Positions 49,690 through 62,924 of a DNA stretch of 64,000 nucleotides are shown here, piece after piece. The notes beneath the pieces are model-generated. The model was not told the DNA's origin. It did no database searches and worked only from the letters and a program-made list of their open reading frames with translations. Position numbers and translations under genes: made by a program. This DNA comes from Felis catus (taxonomy: Eukaryota). Each line of letters opens with the position of its first letter. The stretch's first letter is position 1. The stretch is taken from contig NC_058368.1 of the NCBI RefSeq assembly GCF_018350175.1, positions 209,624,001-209,688,000 of the forward strand, in the 5' to 3' direction.

Positions 49690-50925
49690 GACATCTGGAT
49701 GGCCACATACAAAAGAATGAAGCTGAACCCTAACTCTTCATACCATATGCAAAAATTAATTCCAAATGGATCAATAACCTAAATATAAGAGCAAAAACTA
49801 TTAAATTCTTAGAAAAAAACATGGGGAATGATACACAGATATGACACCAAAAGCTCAAGCAACCAAAAATAAAAAAGAAATAAACTGGATTTCAAAATTA
49901 AAAACTCTTGTGCTACAAAGGACACAAGAAAGAAAATGAAGAAAACCCCACAGAATGGGAAGAAAATTTGTAAATCATATATGTGATCCTTATCTAGAGA
50001 TCTATATCTAGAATATATAAAGAACACTTACAAATCAACAGTAAAATAACAAATAGCCCAATTTAAAAATGAGCAAAAGATCTAAGTACATATTTCTCCA
50101 GAGAAGAAATACAAACGGCCATTTACATACATATAAGCATGTATAAAGATGTTCAACATCATTAGTCACCAGAAACATGCAAATCAAAATCACAATACTC
50201 ATACACATTAGTTTGACTAGAACAAAAAAATCAGATAACAAGTATTGGTAAAGATGTAAAAATATTAGAACGCTCATACACTGCTGGTAGGAATATAAAA
50301 GAGTATAGCCACTTTAGGAAACAGTCTGGCAGCTCCTGAAATAATTAAATCATCTAGTTACCATATGACCCAACAATTCTACTCCTAGGTATATACCCAA
50401 GAAAAATGAAAATGTATGTCCACGCGGAAATTTGTAAACAAATGGTTACAGTGTCATTATTCAGAATCACCAAAAAGTGCAAACAACCTAAATGTCCACC
50501 AACTGACAAATGTGTAAACAAAATGTATATTCCTACAATGGTACATTATCTGGCCATAAAAAGGAATGAAGTACCGACACATGCTGCAACATGAATGGAT
50601 CCTGAAATCATTATGCTAAGCCAATCACAAAAGACCTCATATGATATGATTCTATTCATATGAAGTCCAGAATGGGGAAATCTACAGAGATATAAAGTAA
50701 ATTAGCAGTTGTTTAAAGCTGGGAGTATGGGTGGTGAGTGCATGGGAGGGGTGATAGCTAAAGGTACCGGGTTTCTTTCTGTGGTAATGAAAATCTTCTA
50801 AGACCGACTCTAGTAATGTTTGAGTGTATCTGTAAATACACTAAAAACCATCTGATTGTACACTTTAAATGAGTGAATTGTATGGTATCTGAATTCTATC
50901 TCAGCAAAGCTGTTAAATGAAAAAC
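49690..50925 (+). mobile_element. Old LINE-1 (L1MB-like) 3' fragment
   Basis: Degenerate ORF2 C-terminus (KKCKQPKCPPTDKCVNKM) plus a 3'UTR ending CTCAGCAAAGCTGTT. Confidence 0.88.
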
Positions 50926-51590
50926 AAAACAAGGACTCTATGTAAGCAGGGCACATCTCATATTTCACTCCAAGTTTACATTACTGAAAGTGGCCCTCAG
51001 ATTCAATTTCCATGGTTTTAGGAAAGAGAATATAACATACATTAACAGAGTTGGAAAACTCATATGTGGCAAGAATTTGGCCACAGAGCCAGAAATTCTG
51101 GCATAGTAATGAGTGATGTATAGATTCATCTTCAATATCCTAGGAATACTATAGGTTCTTGGTAGGTATAGTTTGCCTTCAGCTCAATCAGTTCCTCTTA
51201 ATTAGAGCCATTTTGACAAGGCAGATGCTTAAAACATTCAAACACATCATTCTAAAGTCAGCTGCAAAAACTTAAAGCATAATTCATGCTTATGAAAATT
51301 TGTGAATTTCTTTAGAAATCCTGACTTTATTTCTACCAAATAGCTTGGCAATTCTTCAAATTCTGTGATTCCATTTAGCACAAGGCAGTTCTGATATGGG
51401 ACATGAATGCACACTCCATGTAATAACCACCCACTCCCCATGTTCTCACTTGAATATTAATAATTATAGCTCCTTCACCAACTCATCAGTTCTTTTACTT
51501 TTTCTATGCAGTCGCAAGTTCAGTTTAGTCGTGTACCTTGCTTGCGATACCAAACAGGAATTATAACCATGTTAGCTCATGTTTGGGCTC

Positions 51591-51959
51591 TGTTACGGGC
51601 TGAACATTTATGCCCTCCCCTAAAATTCATGTATTGAAGCACTACTTCCCAATATTATGCTGTTAGGAGATAGAGCCTTTGAAAGGTAATTAGGTTTAGA
51701 GGAAGTTATGAAGGTACAGCCCACATGACAGGATTAGTCCCCTTACAGAAGAGGAAGAGACACCAAAGACTCCTCTGCCATGTGAGGATACAGCAAGAAG
51801 GCAGCCATTGCCAGGCAGGAAGGAGCCCTTACCAAGAACCAAATTGCTGGTACCATGCCTTGGACTTTCCAGCCTCCAGAACTGTGACAAATAAAGATTT
51901 GTTGTTTAACCCACCCAGTCTGTGGTATTTTGTTACAACAGCCCAAGATGGCTAAGACA
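51591..51959 (+). mobile_element. Solo MaLR LTR (MLT1A/MST-like), full length
   Basis: TG...CA ends, AAAATTCATGTATTGAAG, GGACTTTCCAGCCTCCAGAACTGTGA, AATAAA; 5-bp TSD GGCTC/GGTTC. Confidence 0.88.
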
Positions 51960-52218
51960 GGTTCAGATAAAGTTGGGTCCCTTTTATTATCAAAATTTTT
52001 AGATCTGAAAGAGCATCAGTATAACTCCCTTCAAGTTTCTATAATCTAGCCACTTTACTGCATTAAAATAAACTCATTGCATTTAGAACAGCACAATGAC
52101 AACAGTAACAACAAAACAGAATAATCTTAACAAGAAATATGTGACATCTATATAAAAAATGTATGAAAGTTTTGTACTGAGAGCTATAAGAAATTTGGAA
52201 GAAGAGAATTGTCCTTAA

Positions 52219-52442
52219 TTTTTTTTTTTAATTTTTTTTAACGTTTATTTGTTTTTGAGACAGAGAGAGACAGAGCATGAACGGGGGAGGGGCAGAGAGA
52301 GAGGGAGACACAGAATCGGAAGCTGGCTCCAGGCTCTGAGCCATCAGCCCAGAGCCTGACGCAGGGCTCGAACTCACGGACCGCGAGATCGTGACCTGAG
52401 CTGAAGTCGGACGCTTAACCGACTAAGCCACCCAGGCGCCCC
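52219..52442 (-). mobile_element. Young feline Can-SINE
   Basis: CpGs retained; TSD AGAATTGTCCTTAATTT. Confidence 0.93.
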
Positions 52443-52553
52443 AAGAATTGTCCTTAATTTATAGGTTTTTTTTTTAGAACTTGAAAAAATGATTCTAAAA
52501 TTCATATGGAATAATAGACGGAAACAAAGACATTTTATAAAAGAAGAGTTATT

Positions 52554-52663
52554 GGAGCATCTGGCTGGCTCAGTCAGTAGAGCATGTGACTCTTGACCTT
52601 GGGGTTGTGAGTTTGAGCCCCACCCAAAGCCTCTACTTTGGGCATAGAGCTTACTTCAAAAAA
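52554..52663 (+). mobile_element. Short Can-SINE
   Basis: TSD AAGAGTTATTGG. Confidence 0.8.
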
Positions 52664-52859
52664 AGAGTTATTGGTAAAGAAAACTTGTCTCTCTAAATAT
52701 TAAAACATATTACAAAACTAAAGTAATTGCAACACAATTGTCATAGAATTTACAGATATTTGGAAGAAATTCCAGTATGTCATAACCCAAAGGGGAGGGA
52801 TAGAATATTTAACAAATGATGCTGGCAAATGGATTCTTGTAAATCCAGTTTTGTTCAAA

Positions 52860-53555
52860 ACAGAAACCTAGAAATCTTAACACCTCTCTCCTTCATGTCC
52901 CCAGTACCCTGTTAATTCAATCACCAAATCCTGTTCATTTTGTCTTCAAATTATCTATTGAATCTGTCCACTTGTCTGTCTCCAGTGACAACTTAGTCGT
53001 GAGTTATCACTGGTAGCCAGAATTAGCTGCCATCATTTCTCACCTATTACTACAACAGCTTCCTTACTGGTTTCTGGCACACACAAAGTCTCCCTCCAGT
53101 TTTTTCTCCTGCAGCCACAGTGATCTTTTGAAAACATAAATTTGATCATGTAAACTTCCTGCTTAAAACCCTTAAATGGTTCTCATTACTCTTAAGATAA
53201 AGATAAAAATTCTTAACATGGCGCAAGGCTCTGCATAGTGTGTCCTTGCCCACCTCTCTAATCTCATCTCACACTAATCTCTACCTTGCAGTTCATGCTC
53301 CAGACACTGGCTCTCTTCCCAGTGCTTAGAACAATACTATGCTTCCTGCTACCAAGGACTCCACAATTCCTTTCCTTCAGGGCTTGTACATCACTTTGCA
53401 TTTATACATTCTTTGGGGTGATTATTTGATTTATGTCTGTCTTTACCATCTAAACTAAGTTCCACTACAGTTGGGACCATGTCTGGTTTATTAGCACCTA
53501 ACAGAATACATGCTTGATAAATATTCACTGAATGCATAACTGAATAAATGAATGA
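52860..53555 (+). mobile_element. LINE-2 fragment
   Basis: CAATCACCAAATCCTGT...GTGATCTTTT...CTGCTTAAAACCCTT...ATAAATATTCACTGAATG. Confidence 0.7.
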
Positions 53556-56500
53556 AAAATAAACTAGATTCCCATATTATATTCACTAAAATAAATTACA
53601 GATGAAATTAAAAATTTTTAATGTTAAAATAATTAATTTTGAAAAATTATAGATTACTTGGTTAAGTTAATAGAACTCAGGATGTGAACAATTTTTTTAA
53701 ACAAATACTGAAACAACACTGCTTAAAATATCAAAGAAAAATTTAAAGGTCTTCCCGTTGAATGTTTGTTTTAAAATATATATATATTAATTTATAGTTT
53801 TTTAATATATAAATTAATATATAAGCATATATATTAATTTATATATTATATTAAATGTCTTTAAAGAACATTATAGGAGAATAAGCACATAATAGACTGT
53901 AAAAATCATAGTGTGTATATATACACATATATATATACAATTCCAATTCTATAATTTAAAAATTGCTTAGAAAGAAGTATACCAAAAAGTTATCTCTGAA
54001 AGGTGACCTTAAAAGTAATTGATCTTCTTTTCCATACCTTCTTTTCTTTAACCCAAACTTTTTATTACTGACCAAGAACAACTAAACAAAGATACATACT
54101 TTTAATGTTATTAAAGAATTACTCTAAAATACTGAAATATTGCTGAGTACAGACAGATCATTTTATTAAACTTACATGAAATGGAGAGTTTCCATGCTTT
54201 ATTTTTTATTCCAAACTCAAAAGTGATTGAAAATGACCCAGTTCATTTTTATTAGACTAATAGGATCCTGAGGCTAAAATATAACCAAAAAATTCTTAAA
54301 ACAGAAACTGAAGAAAATTTCAATTAAATACCAAAAATCTTAATTCAATAGTAATTTGAAGAACCCATCATAACAATTATATTCATAACAGGACTGCAAA
54401 GATGTGAACCTATTAATACAACATTAATATATCATATCAATCAGTTAAATCAGAAAATACATATGATCATCTCAATAGATGCCCAAAAGGTATTCAATAT
54501 CCATCCCATGTAAGCTCTCTTGGAAAGCAAATCAGTGGGGATGGGAAATTATTCAACAACTAGTACTGTGAAAATTGACTGGACATTTCCAAAAATTTAT
54601 TTAGTGTCTCATTCATAATTCTACCTATTTTAAAGAGGTAGAATTAAAAATCAAGCAGTATAAATTGTGAAGAGAATATGAGAGATTTATACCAAATTTG
54701 TGATTAAGGATTTCAAAGCTTAAAAAAGTAGAAAAACTTTTTAAAAGAAAGAATATGGAAAAGTTAAGTTATAATATTTACAATTATAGGCCCCAAATCC
54801 AACATTTCTTGGATTAATGATCAAATATAATCTAAATTTTAAGTAGAAAATTTGTCCTAGTGGTATAAGTTAAGCAGACTTTTATAATAAGTGACAAGTC
54901 AGAGACTTCCTTCAGTGGTTCCTTTGTAATTTGTGCAAGACTTAACATATATATATTAATATGTTAATATATTCTTAATATATTAAGAATATATTCTACT
55001 CTTTTTAAAAATGTACCTTTTCCTCTAACTACTCTTATAGTTGCATTAGCAACACAGTGCTTGGCTAGCACTCTATAAATATTTGTTGAATGAATGACCC
55101 ACAAATGATCATATTTTAATTAAAAATTAAATGTTTCTGGATTTTTCCCCCCTTCTCCTACACTGTCAGGGCAAGGAATATCCTATAGCTTGGAATAAAA
55201 ATTTGGGAGAAACCCCATGGACTGTAAATATGGATAAGACTTACCAAATTACACATTTTGGCAAGTCGCTAACTTTTTTTGTGAACAGGTTGATAATATG
55301 ATGTTGTCTGTACCAAATCTATTTTACTATTAAGTTAATTACACTGAGTCACTATACCACTATTACCCAAATTATTTCACAGAACATTAGTTTTGCAAAA
55401 TGATCCAGAGATAAAGAATTCTTTGGCCATATTTCCCTCTTGAAAATTCTGCATATCAACATATTGAATGTTCTGAAAAGTTCCTTAATAAAGAAATCTA
55501 TTAAGTTTTGTTAAATCTAATGTTTTCAATCATGAAACCCTTTTATCATAAACCTCTATTACTGTCTTTAATATTAAAGTACTTTTCTGTGGAAAACCAC
55601 ATTACCTAATTCCAAACTGAAATAATTATGCAGACATTTTGGAAATGGAGTAAATAGACATTGTTTAAAGTTTGTTTCCTAACTAAACCAAATAGGCCCA
55701 CCTGGTTAAAGCAGAACCAGTCTCTTAACCACATATTCTTAGAGCTTATGGGTTTTTGTTATATAATGTTTATTATCTAAGTCAACACATGTTAACATTT
55801 ACCTTTATCTTTTCAATAATTTTAACAACTTAAACCTTATCTTTTCAAAGTAACTTATGCAAACATAAAGTAATTTATTCAGGTAAAATAAGATTTAAAA
55901 AAAATTTTTAAGTGGCAGTTATGTATATGAAAGAAGAGCAATATTGTAAGAATGGGTCAATTTTTAGCCTACTTTCATAAAACAGAAGCAAATATTACAT
56001 CCTTAAATGTTATATTTTTATATCTAACCTTTATTGTTAATTTGAAATTTCATTTCTACGTGAAACAGAGAATTTCATCAAGCACACACCTTAAACATTT
56101 AGATTTAAGTAATTAATTGATAAGACTTGGGATTACCATTTCCTAGTAACTCACTTAACTCTCTAAACTTTTGTTCCCTCATCTATAAACAAGACAGTAT
56201 ACTTGTGGCCAATGAATATGGCTAAGGGTAAGAATTAAAGGAGATGACACTTGCAAAATTTTAGCACTACGCCTGGCATATAATCAATTTTAAATAAATG
56301 TTTGTGATTATTGGAGTCTCTCAAGTTTTGATTCTATTAGGCAAATTACCCAAAATAACCCAGTTTTTGTATTTTTAAAATACTATCTAGCTCATAGAAC
56401 TGATGTCAATATTTTGCAATGAAAAAATAATATTTTAAAAAATTCCCTGGGTGCCACTTGAGAATTTAAAAATGCTTTCCCCTCTGTAATTTCTCTCCTC

Positions 56501-57829
56501 CACCAAAAAATAAAGATTACCAGTTAACTTTTCACAGATTTTTCTGATACTTTCCATGTTACTACAATTATAAACCAAGAAACAACCTTGGCCTTACTAA
56601 GAAATGAATATGCTATGACTAAGGTACTATAAGATTGTATCAATTTCACTGATATATAAACTATTTGCAAATTATTAGCCCAAGTCATGGAGAATTTATG
56701 GCAAGGCAAAAATAAACTGTGTAAGTCCTAATATGCAAATCATCATCACATAAAATAAAGACCCAGGCTATAATACAGCTACTTACACCCAAATTATCAC
56801 AGAAATTGTATATGTACTACCACATTATTAGTTATTTCTTATTATATGCTCTAGGGAAAAAGTTACTAATATTCTTAAGGCTTTAATTGGTTAAAAAAAT
56901 TTTTGAAAAAACCCTTCACATATCTTCAATTCTGTTTTGGTTAAAAGCAAAAGAAAAACTGATACAATCACAACATACTATTGTGGGACAGCAACCTAAA
57001 TCCCATGTCTACATTTTTATTTTGGCTCTACCAGGAACTAGTAATGTGACCACTTTAAATGAATCTTTGTGGTTAAACGTTTCAACTTAAAACAGGGGAG
57101 ATAACCTAAGTAACTGCTGAGGTCTTTTCACTTAGAGGCAGAATGCTGCTGTGGCTAAAGCATGGATTTAGTTGTCAGATCTGGGCTCCCGACACTACAG
57201 TAATCTCTCCAAGTTTGTATCTTTGAGAAAATTACTTCCCACAACGAAAGTTCATTGGCTTTTTTTTCCCAGTGAAAAGTAAAGTCCCAGATGGGTGCTG
57301 AATAAAAGTATCACTCTGTCACATCTACATTTCCCCTTGTTCCTTGTAGAAACCTGGACTTTTCCTTTGGACTGAATTCAGCGAGTTACCAAAAATCTGG
57401 GCACGTAGATATTTTTCTATTTGTTTCAAGCATTAAAAGTCACAAAAATCAAATTGCATGTAATGTAATCACACATTTAATGAGTAACCTTCACTGAAAA
57501 GAATACATTTGCACAAAACCGGGGCTGTGCTGGTAAATCCAAGACCTACAGTTTTCCTCCAACAGTACACTCCAGCTCCTCGGGAGTCTAAAATATTTCG
57601 GGTGTTGAGTTTAACTGCTGATTCTATTTATAGTATTTGAGCACATCCCACGTGCCCTCCCAGCCCTGACCGTCTACACACCTGAGGGACGAGGTCCAGA
57701 GCAAGCCTTTCTATTTATTAGCTGTTGATTGTTCTGGGCAATTCAGGAACAGTGTCAGATGAGTGCTTGTATTCCTGAAAGGAGACGCAGTAACTCGGTC
57801 TGGAGGTCATCACAGAATTATCTAATTAG

Positions 57830-58250
57830 TAATAAGGAGGAAAAACTGCGACGCCACTTACCCGAGCGGGCAGCCTCGGATTAAACCATTCCTCTTAGCG
57901 AGGTGCCATTTGGGAAAGAAAGAGGACACCAATTTCAAATTCTCACCTCAGATTCACAAGTCTGTTTATTTTCACTTATTCTATTGATTTCACCGGTGAT
58001 AGTGAAGTTCTCCTCTTCAATATGGGACTGAATAAGTTGTATTTGTAAGAAAATCCCACCCGCCCCCCCCCCCCCCCGGCAGCTCCCCCTCCCCTCCCCG
58101 CACACCTTTCCGGGAAAATGGGAGTGTCCACTGGCCGTCCATGTGGTCCAGGCTCAGCTCAGCCTGTGGCCCCGCGTGTGCCTCGCTGGCTGGACGTGGT
58201 TCTGTGTTTGGCTGGATGGGTGGCTGTGTGTATTGGGAGGAGAGCAAGGG
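57830..58250. promoter_or_regulatory. Small GC/CpG-enriched distal element with a STAT (GAS) motif
   Basis: Local CpG retention outside any recognisable repeat, C-rich tract at 58055-58100, TTCCGGGAA at 58108-58116. Confidence 0.4.
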
Positions 58251-58582
58251 GCTGTAAATTATAGCCTAGAGAAGACAATTCTCTTGTTTCAAGTGTTAAC
58301 TCCTTCTAATGGAGATTTTTAAAAATATAAATAATGAAAAAAGGAAGATATTTGAAAAGAACTGCATTGACATTATGATACTGAAAAGTACAATGAACCA
58401 GTTTTAGTATTTAATTTTTGTATAACTGCCAATGATATGAATCAAATGGGTTTCTTTGAATACTTTTCTAGAGTTAAAGTTTGTGAAAAATAAAATGTGA
58501 AGTGTATTTTTTCAAATGAGAATAACTTTATATTTTTCTGCCTTTAATTTTAATACATGATCATTCTTTTATTTATAAAAAC

Positions 58583-58788
58583 AATTTTTTTTAATGTTTA
58601 TTTATTTTTGAGAGAGACAGAGAGAAAGAGTGTGAGCAGGGGAAGGGGCAGAGAGAGAGGGAGACACAGAATCTGAAGCAGGCTTCAGGTTCCGAGCTGT
58701 CAGCACAGAGCCCATCCGGGGGCTCAAACTCACATTCCAGGAGATCATGACATGAGTTGAAGTCAGACACTCAACCCCAGATGCCCCC
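58583..58788 (-). mobile_element. Can-SINE
   Basis: Reverse SINE motifs; imperfect TSD CATGA(T/C)CATTCTTTT. Confidence 0.88.
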
Positions 58789-58815
58789 ATGACCATTCTT
58801 TTAAAAAGCAAAACA

Positions 58816-59040
58816 GGAGCGCCTGGGTGATGCAGTTGGTTAAGCATCCGACTTCAGCTGGGGTCACATCTCACAGTCTGTGAGTTCGAGCCCCGTGTCT
58901 GGCTCTGTGCTGACAGCTCAGAGCCTGGAGCCTGCTTCAGATTCTGTGTCTCCCTCTCATTCTGTCCCTCCCCGGCTCATGCTCTGTCTCTCTCTGTCTC
59001 AAAAATAAATAGAAACATTAAAAAAAATGAAAAAAATAAA
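58816..59040 (+). mobile_element. Can-SINE
   Basis: TSD AAAAGCAAAACA. Confidence 0.9.
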
Positions 59041-59044
59041 AAAG

Positions 59045-59900
59045 CAAAACAATGCACAAAGGCACAAGAGAAGAAAATAAAATCACCTGAAATCTCACCA
59101 TTCAGAGATAAGCACTACTAAAATTTTGTGAACAATTTTCTAGTCATAATGTATACACACTGACACAGACACACATATACCATAAATTTACATAACTGGA
59201 CATCCTATAAGCATACTGCTTTGTACACTGCTTTCTAATGAAATACTATGTTGTGTACATCTTATGTCATTATTTTATGACTGGATAGTATGGTTGAACA
59301 GTAAGTTGTTCAATCAACCCCTGTTGGAGGGCAATTAAATTGCTTTCAGTTTTTTATAGCATAGAATAACATTATAGAGAATATCCTTATATATAATCTT
59401 GGGTTCTTTTTGGGTTTTCTCCTTAAAATAAACTTCTAGAAGTGCAATTGCTGGAGCAAAAAAAAAAAAAATATATATATATATCCATTTTAAAAGTTTC
59501 GTGTGTATTTTCAAACTGCCCTCCAGAAATAGATTTACAATCCCATCTAGTATAAGAGAATGTCCGTTTCTCAACACTCTCCATGTCAACGAGTATTATA
59601 AGCCCTTGTAAACTTTTATAATCTGGAAAGGTTTTTTTTCTTATTAGCTTTTTTGTGTTTTGTATTATTAATTAAGCTGAATCTTTTCTTGTGTTTATAT
59701 GTTCATTTGCATTTCATCTGACATTTTTCATGTCATTTGCATATTTTTCTATTATGGCAACCATCTATCTGAATTATTTCTTTTTTTAAAATTATTTCTA
59801 AGAACTTCATATATTAATTTAATCTCTTGTTTATATCAACAAATATAAGCATGTTTTTCTGAGTTATTTGCCCTGTGATTTTGCCTATGTGTATTACTTC
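59045..59900 (-). mobile_element. Very old LINE-1 (L1ME-like) fragment
   Basis: CTAGAAGTGCAATTGCTGG, CAAACTGCCCTCCAGAA and related reverse-L1 motifs. Confidence 0.6.
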
Positions 59901-61327
59901 AGACATAAAGTTACCAAATCTATATTTTTATTACTCTTAATATTTGATTATAGAATTTTAAAGTATAAGAATACAAAGAATTATCAAGTAGATCCTTTTC
60001 CTCAGATTGTCAGCTCCACCAGTTTCTGAGGTATGTCAGGGTGATTCATTTGATTGACTTATCCTCTACCCTCCCAAAAGTACTTTTACAAAAGTCTACC
60101 CATCAAACTTTCATTACAATGTCATGACCTAACAACACTGTAACCAGAGAGTAACTCTCATCAGAGATAGCTCATGTACAATAAGTGACAGTTTTCACAT
60201 TATTCAACCTTTCCCAGATATCTAGAACATTCACACAGACTCTAGTCTGCCCAAGGAAAGCATCCTACTCTGAAGCCCCCAGCCCCACAAAAGCATACAA
60301 AAATCTAGACCCTGTCAATGTTTTAAATCCTGATAAACATCATGAAGTCTGTGTCTCAATACCTTAGGACATTAATAGTCACTGTCAACTGCTGCCATTT
60401 TAGATAACACCTCCATGAATACTGTTTAATGACAAGCTTTTTCCTTCTTTTAAGTTGTCATCGAAAAAAAATTACAAAAGTGGGATGATTGGATCAAAGG
60501 ATGTAAACATTTGTATAGCTCTAGTTACCTAGTGCTATATTTTTATCCAAATGGACAATACCACTAAAATTGTTTTGTGTTTTTATTCCATTCCAACTAT
60601 AATAGTTTGAGTGTTATTAACAATTATTTTTGTTAGTTTATTAAGTATAAGAGAAGTATATTGTAGTTTTAATTCATATTTCTTTGATTTTTCCACATGC
60701 CTTAGGTTTCCATTTTTGTTTGTGTATATTTTATATTGAGTTTAAAAAATCATGATTAAATTTCTCTTTATCTCTAGAGATTTAAAATAGGTAGGAAAAA
60801 CCTGAAATAATTCCATTTTTAAAATAAAGAAAATGTACTGGTTTTGAGCAGAAAAGAAATGAAAATACAAAACAATACATTCTAACCACAATCCCTGGAT
60901 TCACTTTCTGCTAATCTTTGAAGTCATTTCATGTGTTTAATCAAATTTAGAATTGGGCTTAAAATGTATTTTCCACATTGAAGCTAGAATTATCTTTTAG
61001 ATATACAAGCTTAAAGCACTTAAAGTCCCCGATCTTAAACTTTGCTTCTCAGCCCTTGATCTGACCCCTGTCCACTCTTTGAATTTCAGCATGTGACCCT
61101 CACTCTCAATACTGACTATCTATTAGTTCAGGAAATCTCTTGCCCTTGGGACCCACTACACTGTTCCTTCAGCCTAAAAGCTTTTGCTATACCCTCTTCA
61201 CTAATGTATCTTCATTCTTTGGGGGACTCTTGGAATATTGTGTGGTTTGGTACAGGTGGTCAAGGACAGATCCCTAAAAAATGGCAATTACCCAGAGATC
61301 ATGTAAAGGTGTAAAGAAAAATAATAC

Positions 61328-61453
61328 AGGGGTGTCTGGGTGGCTCAATCAGTTGAGCGTCCAACTCTTGACTTCTGCTCAGATCCTGATCCCAGGGTTG
61401 TGGGATTGGGCCCTGCATCAGGCTCAGTGCTGAGCACAGAGCCTGCTTGAGAT

Positions 61454-61485
<32 letters not shown>

Positions 61486-61590
61486 TCTCTCTCTGCCCCT
61501 TTTCCCTACTCATGCTCTCACTCTCTGTCTCTTAAAAAAAAAAAAAAAGGAAAAGAAAAAGAAAAACGAAAAAGAAAAGAAAAAAAAAAA
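61328..61590 (+). mobile_element. Can-SINE with a long A-rich tail
   Basis: Head, (CT)n linker, tail. Confidence 0.88.
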
Positions 61591-62007
61591 CAGAAACCAG
61601 AATCATATAGCTAGGGCTTCTGCCAAGAAACTTCATGCAGATAAGGGGTCCTGGAATTCAACTTTCACAGTAAATCCACCTCTAGGTGTAAGACTTGCCT
61701 TGCTTCTATTATAGGGTCATGACGATCAAAAGAGATAACATAATCTGGAAAGAAATTGAAATTTAAAGCAGTACACAGCAGTTATCATTTTTCTTTATAT
61801 AGGGACAATAGCAATAAAGGTTTAATAATCTCAATAAATTGACAAATTTTATCTACACTGACAAATGAACCTAATCATTTGTTCATTTAACTTATGAGCT
61901 ACTCTACTCTTTAGGGGATGTTAGCCTGTCTATACTGTGCACAAGTTGACCACAGCAATACATTTTGCTTGAATTAATATATTTTTTTCTTAAGGCTAAT
62001 AGTTATT

Positions 62008-62127
62008 TATTTTTTTAAGGTTTATTTTTTTTTTTTAAGTAATGTCTACACCCATTGTGGGGCTTGAACTCACAACCCAGAGATCAAGAGTCACATACTC
62101 TACAAACTAAGCCAGCCAGGCAGCCCT
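62008..62127 (-). mobile_element. Short Can-SINE
   Basis: GAGATCAAGAGTCAC...AGCCAGCCAGGC. Confidence 0.8.
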
Positions 62128-62160
62128 AGGCTGGTAATTGCATTTAAAAACATATACTTT

Positions 62161-62397
62161 GGGGCACCTGGGTGGCTCAGTAGGTTGAGCATCCGACTTC
62201 GGCTCAGGTCATGATCTCACAGTCTGTGAGTTCGAGCCCCGCGTCAGGCTCTGTACCGACAGCTCAGAGCCTGGAGCCTGCTTCAGATTTTGTGTCTCCC
62301 TCTCTCTCTCTGCCCCCTCCCCTGCTCATGCGCTGTCTCTCTTTCTCTGTCAAAAATAAATAAACATTAAAAAAAATTAATAAAATAAAATAAAATA
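62161..62397 (+). mobile_element. Feline Can-SINE
   Basis: TSD AAAACATATACTTT. Confidence 0.92.
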
Positions 62398-62924
62398 AAA
62401 ACATATACTTTGATGGGCCTAAGGCATCCTCCAAGAAAAGTAGTTAAATGATTAAATAGTAGGAGAAGTGTCAGTAAGACTAATTTTCTGGTCATTGACA
62501 ATTACTGGTTAGTTGTTAGATTTTCAGTACAACATGTACTTGTAAAAAGAGGTTCAGCTGATAAATGTAGAGAAGAAGGGGCCTATGGGTAGTGGGCTGA
62601 GCAGAGGGCAGGAAGGCAAACTCTTGGAGAAGAAACAGAAGAGGGTGAAGAACTCCGTCTGCTTTGCAGTTTGTCTTTGGACTAGCCTGGGACCAACAGG
62701 CATAATGATGACCATCGTTTTTCTATACTGTTAAGAAATATATTTATTATTTTACTTTTCAATTGCTTTAGTTATACGCAAATGAAAGTTTATTCTAATT
62801 TTTTGTAGTTCAAAGTAAAATAAATCTATAATAGATGTTCATGTTGAGCATTTATAAATATTTAAATATACATTATGCCTGTAATTCAAAAAATATTATC
62901 AAAGTATTTCTCATAGTTATTTGT

